IMG/VR virus record: IMGVR_UViG_3300027970_000021
Coordinates: 50,061-70,060 of that record
Strand: one strand, 5' to 3'
DNA: 20,000 bases
DNA from: an uncultured virus (IMG/VR IMGVR_UViG_3300027970_000021)
Taxonomy: Duplodnaviria; Heunggongvirae; Uroviricota; Caudoviricetes
The translations under genes and the position numbers were made by a program. Of this stretch, positions 1-7,093 are shown piece after piece; the first letter of the stretch is position 1; each line of letters starts with the position of its first letter. The notes under the pieces are model-generated. The model was not told where the DNA came from. It ran no database searches and worked only from the letters and a program-made list of their open reading frames with translations.

Positions 1-1
1 G

Positions 2-241
2 GGGGCTGCAGGCATTGGCGTGAATTTGGTTGAAGCCCCGTATTCTGTGTTTTTCTCCCGGAACTTTTCGCTTGAGCAAGATACTCAGGCCGAGGCACGC
101 AACTATCGCGGTGGATCTGAGATGCATACAAGTGTGACTCGCTATGATATTGTTGCGCGAAATAGTATTGACGAGTTAATCGCCGACGCGTTAGCAGGTA
201 AGCAGAAAATCGCAGATACCATTCTCGATTGGAAAATATAA
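2..241 (+). CDS. SNF2/SF2-type helicase, C-terminal fragment (gene starts before the window)
   Basis: The frame is open from base 2 and reads GAAGIGVNL (helicase motif V-like), QAEARNYR (motif VI-like) and a SIDE...KQ tail typical of phage SNF2-like helicases. Confidence 0.85.
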   Translation, partial: GAAGIGVNLVEAPYSVFFSRNFSLEQDTQAEARNYRGGSEMHTSVTRYDIVARNSIDELIADALAGKQKIADTILDWKI

Positions 242-250
242 GGAGCGGAC

Positions 251-721
251 ATGGCAAGTGAATTGGATTCCTGGGACGAAGCGACTCCCGTGATTGAGGT
301 CTCAACGCAAGAGCTAGATGCTCTCGTGCAGCGAATGGACACCCTCTGGGACGAGTCAGAGAAGGTAAAGAAGCTGGCAAGTGAGGCTCGCGCGGCCTAC
401 GATGAGGTCGAGGCACGCGTGCTCGCGATGCTGAAAGCCGCTGGAAAAAAGAGCTACATCGTTGATGGACTTGGCACCGTGTCGATCACCAACAAATACA
501 TGATTACAACGCCCAAGGGGATTGAGGAAAAGAAACGGCTCTTTGCCTACATCAACAAGGAGCACGGGGAAGAGGGGCTATATGGCTTACTCACGATCAA
601 TTCCCAGACGCTCAATAGCTTTGTGAACGCAGAGCTTGACCGCAAACCTGAAGTACAAATTCCCGGACTCGATGCACCGACTCACCGTGAGTCTCTTTCG
701 TTCCGGGCAAAAAAGAAGTGA
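251..721 (+). CDS. Hypothetical phage replication-module protein (156 aa, N-terminal coiled coil)
   Basis: AGGAG SD at 241-245. It lies between the helicase and SSB-like genes. No catalytic motif recognised. Confidence 0.75.
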   Translation: MASELDSWDEATPVIEVSTQELDALVQRMDTLWDESEKVKKLASEARAAYDEVEARVLAMLKAAGKKSYIVDGLGTVSITNKYMITTPKGIEEKKRLFAYINKEHGEEGLYGLLTINSQTLNSFVNAELDRKPEVQIPGLDAPTHRESLSFRAKKK

Positions 722-728
722 GGAAGAA

Positions 729-1517
729 ATGGCAACCAAGAAGTCCCCGAAATCAGATACCCCTGTGAGCCAAGCCCCGGCAGTCGTTGAAGTGAACGGG
801 GCGCTCGTATCGGCAGAGGAGCAGGCAGCCTGGGGCGCGAGTCCCTTCCTGTCGAGCCGTGACACGATCATCCCGAAGATTCTGCTCATGCAGCCGATGT
901 CAAAGAAAGTGCTGGCAGACGAGGCAGCCTTCGGTGAGCTCCGCGATTCGGTCACAAACGAGGTCTACGGGTCTGATAAGAAATCGATCGAGATCATCCC
1001 CTTCCACCTGCAAACGGTGTGGGTTGAGCACGAGAAGAACGTGGACCCTAAGACCGGCAAAGAGGACTTGAAGTACCTCCGCACGGTGCCGCTCTCTCCG
1101 CAGAACGACACGCTGCCCCTCGATGAGCCCAACTTAAAGCGCGTGCGCACGATGCAGTTCTACGTGCTGCGCCCGGAAGAGTTGGGATCCGGGATCCCTA
1201 AGGTGATCGCCTTTCGTATCACTTCAATCAAGGCCGGAAAGAAACTGGCAACACAAATGTATGTGACGAACCGGGCAGCCGGGCTTCCCCCTCCGGGCAG
1301 GGTGATGCGGCTTTCTGTCTCCCGCCAGACCAATGGCAAGGGCACGTTTGCGGTGATGGATGTCGAGCCTGTTCGCGCTGCCACCAGTGAGGAGCGCGCT
1401 TCTGCTCTTAAGTGGTTCAAGATTATCCAGACGGATGCGGCTGTTAAGGTCGATGATTCGGATGTGGCAGAGGTCGAGACTCCGGTCGAAGACTCGGGCA
1501 CTACCGGACAATTCTAA
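729..1517 (+). CDS. Putative single-stranded DNA-binding/annealing protein (262 aa)
   Basis: ATG at 729 follows GAGGAAG, and the ORF-track start at 636 overlaps the upstream gene. The acidic C-terminal tail ends in an aromatic residue (DDSDVAEVETPVEDSGTTGQF), as in phage SSBs. It sits between helicase and polymerase. Confidence 0.6.
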   Translation: MATKKSPKSDTPVSQAPAVVEVNGALVSAEEQAAWGASPFLSSRDTIIPKILLMQPMSKKVLADEAAFGELRDSVTNEVYGSDKKSIEIIPFHLQTVWVEHEKNVDPKTGKEDLKYLRTVPLSPQNDTLPLDEPNLKRVRTMQFYVLRPEELGSGIPKVIAFRITSIKAGKKLATQMYVTNRAAGLPPPGRVMRLSVSRQTNGKGTFAVMDVEPVRAATSEERASALKWFKIIQTDAAVKVDDSDVAEVETPVEDSGTTGQF

Positions 1518-1526
1518 GTAACGTTG

Positions 1527-1562
1527 GGGCCCCTGGGGGTAAGGGAACAGGGGCCCGTTTTT
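1527..1562 (+). terminator. Rho-independent terminator-like hairpin
   Basis: Perfect 9-bp stem GGGCCCCTG (1527-1535) / CAGGGGCCC (1548-1556), followed by GTTTTT, just after the SSB-like stop. Confidence 0.7.
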
Positions 1563-1578
1563 ACTAAAGAGGGCATGT

Positions 1579-2346
1579 ATGCGAGTGCTTTGCATTGACT
1601 TTGAGACGACACACAAGGACCCGCTACAAGCCCGCCCGTGGGAGTTTGCCGCGTGCGTGGCTACTAACAATTCGTGGGCATTTGCACAGGAGGGGCAATA
1701 TACTGGGCGCATGTGGGCAGCTGATTACCCTGAGTTGTCGCCCGAGATCCAACGTGTCTGCAAGCTGCCGAGTGAGCGTAAGAACTTTGTCGGCTCTCCC
1801 AGCACCAAAGAAGTTCTTGCGAATCTGCACTCCCTGGCAGGGCAGGCAGATTACCTGATGGCTTATAACGCCGAGTACGACCGGACGGTGTGGGAGCAGG
1901 AATGCATCCGGCAGAAGGTGCCCTTCCCTACCACCCCCTGGCTGTGCGCCTACTCTGATGTCCCGTACCCTGACTATTACCGCTGCCGGCAGCTCTCGCA
2001 TCTGGCGCTTGACCATGGGATCAAGGTCGATCCCGAGGCACTGCATGGAGCCCTGGGAGATGTGAGACTGATGGGCCAGCTACTCAGCCGAGGTGGATAC
2101 ACCCTGGAAAAAATCCTGGAATATAAGCAGGAGCCCTGGGTGTACATGAAGGCGGTGTTCAATGCGTTTGGCCCTGGAGGCCAGGAGCTCAAAGAAGCGG
2201 CAAAGGCAGACGGCTACGGCTGGCAGCAGTGCCGCGGAGATACGGTTACGTTCATGAAGACTTGGGTTAAGCGAGTGAAGCTATCCAAGTTTGAGGAAGA
2301 GAAGGCTCGCACGCTGCCGTTCAAGCGTGAAACTTTGGAGGCCTGA
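1579..2346 (+). CDS. DEDDh (DnaQ-like) 3'-5' exonuclease
   Basis: ExoI IDFETT, ExoII AYNAEYD and ExoIII HGALGD motifs; GAGGG SD upstream. Confidence 0.9.
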   Translation: MRVLCIDFETTHKDPLQARPWEFAACVATNNSWAFAQEGQYTGRMWAADYPELSPEIQRVCKLPSERKNFVGSPSTKEVLANLHSLAGQADYLMAYNAEYDRTVWEQECIRQKVPFPTTPWLCAYSDVPYPDYYRCRQLSHLALDHGIKVDPEALHGALGDVRLMGQLLSRGGYTLEKILEYKQEPWVYMKAVFNAFGPGGQELKEAAKADGYGWQQCRGDTVTFMKTWVKRVKLSKFEEEKARTLPFKRETLEA

Positions 2347-2552
2347 TGCATACGAAAAATCTGAAACAACAACCTGCCCGCAAGGGGAATACTCCCCGCC
2401 GCAAACCGCTAACGGTCCGTATCGATCGCACGCTACACGACTTTGTGACCCGCTCAGCACATGCCAAGGGCGAGTGCGTGGCCGTGACGGTCTCGCGCAT
2501 CTTAAAGTCCTACCAGCGGAGCGTCGGCCGCGCGAAGGCACTGCACGCGTGA
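2346..2552 (+). CDS. Ribbon-helix-helix (CopG/Arc-like) DNA-binding protein (68 aa)
   Basis: KPLTVRID alternating strand followed by two helices (RTLHDFVTRSAHAKG, VAVTVSRILKSY). It overlaps the upstream stop (TGATG) and the downstream start (GTGA). Confidence 0.65.
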   Translation: MHTKNLKQQPARKGNTPRRKPLTVRIDRTLHDFVTRSAHAKGECVAVTVSRILKSYQRSVGRAKALHA

Positions 2553-4381
2553 TTGTCACCGACTCCAATTTTGAAGAGGTCGTAGGCCTGCTCTCCCGCA
2601 GCGGGGAGTACGGCCTGGACTGCGAAACCACGGGGCTTGATTTCAAGGCTCGCTTGTTTTCGATCATCATTGCGAGTCGTGAACAGTCCTATTATTTCAA
2701 TTTCCACGACTACGGGGACGGGACGCCGGTACTTCCGCGCTCACGTATCCGGGCAATGCAGCCCGTCTTCCTCGGGCAATCGATTTTTTACATTTCGAAT
2801 GCGAAGTTTGATCTCCGAATGCTGCGGCACGAAGGGCTTGAGGTAGAGTCCCACGTTTTCTGCACAAACGCACTGGGCCGGGTGCTTAAGAACAATTACT
2901 TCGGGCCGAAGGCCTACTCGCTAGAATCCTGGGCTCAGCGGCTTGGCGACGCCAAGGACGATGCCGTCATGGACTACGTGGTTGAGCACAAGCTCTACTC
3001 GGTTGAGAATATTCCAGGGAAGAAAAAAGAATTTAAGCGGATGCGCTTTTGGGAAGTCCCCGCGAGCATCATGATTCCCTACGGGGAGAAGGATGCTGAG
3101 CTTCACTTGAAGGTCGGATCGCATATTGCAGCGGGGATTAAGTCGCTGAACGCTCCCGGATCTCCGGGAAATATTCAACGGCTGGCTGAGAACGAGGCGC
3201 AGCTAACAAAGGTCTGCTTTGACATGGAGTGGGCAGGCATCCGCATTGATCGTGATTACGTAAGGAAGGCACAGGCCTATGAAGAAGAGCAAATTTCCCG
3301 CTTCACCGAACGTTTCCGTGAGTTATCGGGTGAGACGTTCCGGGACTCGTCGAGTTTTCTGGCCGGTGTCTTCAAGCAAGCCGGCTACACCGACTTGCCC
3401 ACAACCGACAAAGGAAACCCAAGCTTCACCGACGACAACCTCGACGATCTCGGAGGAGACCTTGCTCAGAGCGTGCGAGATATTCGCTTTCATGCCAAGC
3501 GAGTCGGAACTTATTACTCCTCTTTTTTGCACTACGCCGACGGAGAGGACCGAATCCACCCAGACATGAAGCAATCGGGCACTGAGACGGGACGCTTCAG
3601 CTACGCTGATCCGAACCTACAGAACGTGCCGAAAGAGGAGAACACCACACATGCTACCACCCCTTCTATCGTACGCTGTAGTTTCGTGCCTGATCCTGGT
3701 GACGTGTTTGTTATGGTGGATTACTCACAGCAGGAGTTTCGACTCATGCTCGACTACGCCGGAGAAACCAAGCTCATCGATGCCATCAACCAGGGGGCAG
3801 ACGTTCACCAAGCCACTGCAGATATGTTGGGCATCTCGCGACAATATGCGAAGACAGTTAACTTTGCGCTTCTCTACGGAGCAGGACCGGCAAAGATGGC
3901 TCGAATGCTTTCGATACCTGAGTTCGAGGCACGGGATCTCCGCGCGCTTTACTTCGGAAGGCTTCCTCGAGTGCAGCGCTTTATCACGCAAGTCATCGAT
4001 CGTGGTCGAGCCCGCGGTTACGTGGTTAATTGGGCGGGTAGGCGTTGCCACATCGATTCACCCGACTACGCCTACATTCTCCCCAATCACCTGATCCAGG
4101 GAGGAGGCGCGGATGTCATCAAGTTCGCCATGGTGCAGATCCACGCGCTCTTGCAGGAGAAAACCGGCGGGCGGTCGAGCATGCGGCTGCAGGTCCATGA
4201 TGAGGTGGTCTTCCAATTTAACCCTCGCGATCTCGAGCTAGTTCCAGAAATCCGTCGTATCATGGAGGGGATCTATCGTCCCTTCAACGGGATGAAACTT
4301 ACCACGTCGTGTGACCACTCCTGGAAATCCTGGGGGGCACCCGACAAAGAGAAGGGGCTCCCTGGGGATGAGACGGCCTGA
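2549..4381 (+). CDS. polA: Phage family A DNA polymerase (3'-5' exonuclease plus polymerase, 610 aa)
   Basis: Exonuclease motifs LDCETTG, NAKFD and YGEKDA; TETGRFSYADPNLQN; motif A DYSQQEFR; motif B RQYAKTVNFALLYG; motif C QVHDE. Likely start is GTG 2549, coupled to the RHH stop. No 5'-3' exonuclease domain. Confidence 0.95.
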   Translation: MIVTDSNFEEVVGLLSRSGEYGLDCETTGLDFKARLFSIIIASREQSYYFNFHDYGDGTPVLPRSRIRAMQPVFLGQSIFYISNAKFDLRMLRHEGLEVESHVFCTNALGRVLKNNYFGPKAYSLESWAQRLGDAKDDAVMDYVVEHKLYSVENIPGKKKEFKRMRFWEVPASIMIPYGEKDAELHLKVGSHIAAGIKSLNAPGSPGNIQRLAENEAQLTKVCFDMEWAGIRIDRDYVRKAQAYEEEQISRFTERFRELSGETFRDSSSFLAGVFKQAGYTDLPTTDKGNPSFTDDNLDDLGGDLAQSVRDIRFHAKRVGTYYSSFLHYADGEDRIHPDMKQSGTETGRFSYADPNLQNVPKEENTTHATTPSIVRCSFVPDPGDVFVMVDYSQQEFRLMLDYAGETKLIDAINQGADVHQATADMLGISRQYAKTVNFALLYGAGPAKMARMLSIPEFEARDLRALYFGRLPRVQRFITQVIDRGRARGYVVNWAGRRCHIDSPDYAYILPNHLIQGGGADVIKFAMVQIHALLQEKTGGRSSMRLQVHDEVVFQFNPRDLELVPEIRRIMEGIYRPFNGMKLTTSCDHSWKSWGAPDKEKGLPGDETA

Positions 4382-4694
4382 GTCAGAGAAGGCGTTTGCA
4401 GCGAGGGTCAGAAAAGAAATCGAGGCGATGCCCCGTACGTGGTGCTTTAAGCCCTTCACCGGCTCGGTACGTGGGATCCCGGATCTCATTTGCTGTGTGT
4501 CCGGGTGGTTTGTGTCGCTTGAGTTCAAGAAAGCCGGCGCTGCCAAGGACTCATCGAGAGAGAGGCTGCAGGAATATGTGGCCTCAAAGATTCGGTTTGC
4601 GGGGGCGCCCATTGCTGAGCACCGTGTGACCCCGGCTTCCTGGCCTGCGATTCGCGAGCGGCTTGTGCAAATGGCGGGAGAGACTTTCTCTTAA
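4368..4694 (+). CDS. VRR-NUC / Holliday-junction-resolvase-like PD-(D/E)XK nuclease (108 aa)
   Basis: SEKAF...RGIPDL...SLEFKK...RLQ motif pattern; ATG 4368 overlaps the end of the polymerase gene. Confidence 0.85.
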   Translation: MRRPESEKAFAARVRKEIEAMPRTWCFKPFTGSVRGIPDLICCVSGWFVSLEFKKAGAAKDSSRERLQEYVASKIRFAGAPIAEHRVTPASWPAIRERLVQMAGETFS

Positions 4695-5119
4695 AGCCTG
4701 CGGTAATCGTAGTAGTCTTTTGAGAAGCACTTGATTCCGCTCATTTTCCAGATGTCGTCAACTCCGATGCGCTCCTCGACTTCGACCCGCTTGATACAGG
4801 CACCTAGGAAAGTGCGCATGCACTTGTACGTGTGGTGGAAAATGCAGGGAGCGTCCGCACAAAACAGGTAGCGCTTATCCGCAAACTTGCAGACGAAATC
4901 AGCACTGCGAAGCGTGCTACGCAGGAACGCGTCCTCTAGATCAAGCTTCCGGTACTCAAGCTTTAGGCAGTCGGTGCCTTTGACTTCCGAGCACCGGGTT
5001 GTGACAAGGCCCTTCTCGCTCTCGGATGCAATAAAGATTTGCCGCACGAGATCCGGGAACTGCGTGATGGATCTCTCGGTTGCACATGCGGTAAAGAAAA
5101 GGGCCAGCAGGTATTTCAT
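4691..5119 (-). CDS. Cys-rich lipoprotein at the end of the lysis cassette (spanin or exclusion candidate)
   Basis: Short signal peptide MKYLLALFFTA-C with a lipobox-like Cys12, and 8 further Cys residues. The start overlaps the upstream stop (ATGA). Confidence 0.6.
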   Translation of the reverse strand: MKYLLALFFTACATERSITQFPDLVRQIFIASESEKGLVTTRCSEVKGTDCLKLEYRKLDLEDAFLRSTLRSADFVCKFADKRYLFCADAPCIFHHTYKCMRTFLGACIKRVEVEERIGVDDIWKMSGIKCFSKDYYDYRRL

Positions 5120-5400
5120 TTCGTGAGCTCAAGCCCAGCCGAGAGGTACTTGTTGAGCGCTGCCTCTTCGACCTTCAGTAGATCGTAGAGCTCAGCGATC
5201 AGAGCCATGTCCTGCTTATCTTGTTTCTTTTCTTCCGCCAAAATGTCCATCTGCACTTTACGCCAGCGCTCGATCGGCTCACGCTTGAGCTTGACCAGCC
5301 CCTTCTCGGCAAAAATCTCGATGATCGAGAGCGCCGTGTTGAGTGCCGTCATGCCCGGGATGAGCGAATCCGTTGCTGGCAGGGGTACAACAATGTCCAT
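5116..5400 (-). CDS. Hypothetical protein (94 aa, helical) in the lysis cassette
   Basis: Fits tightly between the 46-aa ORF and the lipoprotein gene; no motif recognised. Confidence 0.65.
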   Translation of the reverse strand: MDIVVPLPATDSLIPGMTALNTALSIIEIFAEKGLVKLKREPIERWRKVQMDILAEEKKQDKQDMALIAELYDLLKVEEAALNKYLSAGLELTK

Positions 5401-5406
5401 GGCAGC

Positions 5407-5547
5407 TTAGGCTTTGCCGAGGAATTTCTTCAGGCCGTTGATGACAAGCTGAACAATGCTGTTTGACTTGAAGGCCGGGATCAAAGCAAGAGCTTCAGAC
5501 ACCGCGAGAAGCGCACCGAGAATGAGAGCGATCGTCGAATTTTCCAT
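5407..5547 (-). CDS. Small membrane protein, holin-like (46 aa; not in the ORF track)
   Basis: Manual translation gives MENSTIALILGALLAVSEALALIPAFKSNSIVQLVINGLKKFLGKA. It has a GGGGGA SD, a hydrophobic N-terminal helix and a basic amphipathic C-terminus, and directly follows the endolysin. Confidence 0.75.
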   Translation of the reverse strand: MENSTIALILGALLAVSEALALIPAFKSNSIVQLVINGLKKFLGKA

Positions 5548-5564
5548 TTTGTTCCCCCGAAACG

Positions 5565-6059
5565 CTAGGTTTTCCTAGCTACCCAAGGATCCAGGAACCC
5601 CACAATGGAGAACCTTGGAAACCCTTTTAAGTTACGCTTGACACGATAGACCCCATCGCCGTCCGAATCAAGGCCGGAAGGGTTTACATTTCCCTCGACC
5701 GTCAAAAAATTACCCTTGCGATCGGGCGAGGTCTCAACGATGCCGGCATGCCCGCGCCCTGAGTCATCCGTTCGCTTCCAAATGATGATGCGCCCGGGGC
5801 TGGCCTCTTTTCGCTGGTAAAGCTTGTTGCGATTCCAGAGGGTGAGGCAGTGCTCTGAAAATTGGATGTGATCCAGGCCCGACTGCTCGGCTACTTTCTG
5901 CAGGACAGTGCACACAAACGCTGCACACCAAGGCTCGCCCTGCGCCACGCCGTCTACCGTCTTCTGGAAGCCTTCAATGATGTCGCCGGCATTGGCGCCT
6001 GACTCGTGGACGCCGAGATAGATTCTAGCCATGTTCACGGTTGCTAGGTGCAGATCCAT
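5565..6059 (-). CDS. CHAP-domain endolysin (cysteine/histidine amidohydrolase-peptidase)
   Basis: PWCAAFV (catalytic Cys), GHAGIVE (catalytic His) and TVEGN motifs. Confidence 0.88.
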   Translation of the reverse strand: MDLHLATVNMARIYLGVHESGANAGDIIEGFQKTVDGVAQGEPWCAAFVCTVLQKVAEQSGLDHIQFSEHCLTLWNRNKLYQRKEASPGRIIIWKRTDDSGRGHAGIVETSPDRKGNFLTVEGNVNPSGLDSDGDGVYRVKRNLKGFPRFSIVGFLDPWVARKT

Positions 6060-6346
6060 TAGCGTATCCGCTTCAGCTCTCCGCTGATCTCGCCCAGCTT
6101 ACGATTCATGTCTTGGAGGGTTGCCTGCAACCGTTCCTCTTTATCATCTAGCCGGGTTTCGATCACGCCAAATCGAGTGACACTTGCGGCCTGCGCCTCG
6201 GCCTGGGCGTACTTCAGCGTGTTGATGTCGGCTCTAAGCATCGTAAACCAAATCGTACACGGGATCACGACGGCGCTTAGAAACCAAACCAGGCCTCGGA
6301 GCAGTTGCCCCGAAACCCCTGCGATCTTGTTGTGCCATTCGGCCAT
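6059..6346 (-). CDS. Single-TM coiled-coil membrane protein (holin or i-spanin-like candidate)
   Basis: Hydrophobic segment GLVWFLSAVVIPCTIWFTML followed by a heptad-rich C-terminus; coupled to the endolysin start by TAATG. Confidence 0.6.
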   Translation of the reverse strand: MAEWHNKIAGVSGQLLRGLVWFLSAVVIPCTIWFTMLRADINTLKYAQAEAQAASVTRFGVIETRLDDKEERLQATLQDMNRKLGEISGELKRIR

Positions 6347-6349
6347 GAG

Positions 6350-7093
6350 CTATCCCCCGCAGACAGCCATTCTAAACGGATTTTTCGGATCGCGGTAGTA
6401 GCCTTTGACCCAGTTTTCTCGTGGCCCGCGGTTTGTTTCATGCACTTTTATGCAGCCATCAATCCACGCTTTCCCCCACCAGGGGAGCTTCACTTTCCGT
6501 AGGAATTTGATGCGGAGATCAGCCAGCCCCCAGTTTTTTGAGAGCCGCAGCCCTAGCCCCAGCCAGAGAAGCGAGATCGGATCGGGCTCCTCACCTGCTG
6601 CCAGCTCAAGGATTGCCCAGTCACCAGGCTGAAGCATCTCAGTCCACGACCAACGTCCGGGATCGCGGGGGTTGTACTGAAACCAGTGCTTGCGCCCATA
6701 CTCGAGAATCGCCCAGGCATGCCCTGAATTGTAGTGGTGCGAGAGGATTGCAAGCGACACCACGTTGTCGTGCGACTGCCCGATGTCAAGCGGCACGAGG
6801 TCGCCTTCTGCATTCTCAAATCTGAGCTCGTGCCCAGGCCACCGCCCGTGGAGCCCCGGCTCAATCTCAGTCAGCTCCATGTGGCGCTTAAAAGCCAGGA
6901 ACCCTTCCACTGATCTCGCCTCCGGGTCAAGCTCAAGGAGCCCCTGCGCCAGCGCGTAGCTCGCGTTCTCGTTGGTTGAGCGCACAGGATATTTCGGACT
7001 CAACGGGGGAGCTAGGTTGCCCGGCTCATCTTCAAACAAACCCCCGCCATCGGGAGCAATGTAGCGCTCGACGAAGGCGGAGAGGTGGTCCAT
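6350..7093 (-). CDS. Hypothetical protein (247 aa, Trp-rich)
   Basis: Long ORF coupled by TAATG to the tail fiber stop; no family recognised. Confidence 0.7.
   Translation of the reverse strand: MDHLSAFVERYIAPDGGGLFEDEPGNLAPPLSPKYPVRSTNENASYALAQGLLELDPEARSVEGFLAFKRHMELTEIEPGLHGRWPGHELRFENAEGDLVPLDIGQSHDNVVSLAILSHHYNSGHAWAILEYGRKHWFQYNPRDPGRWSWTEMLQPGDWAILELAAGEEPDPISLLWLGLGLRLSKNWGLADLRIKFLRKVKLPWWGKAWIDGCIKVHETNRGPRENWVKGYYRDPKNPFRMAVCGG

Noticed and set aside
636..728. Upstream extension of the SSB-like ORF
   Set aside because: It overlaps the 251-721 gene; ATG 729 has the SD.
2291..2548. N-terminal extension of the polymerase in the ORF track
   Set aside because: It overlaps the exonuclease end and the whole RHH gene; polymerase-like sequence begins at GTG 2549.
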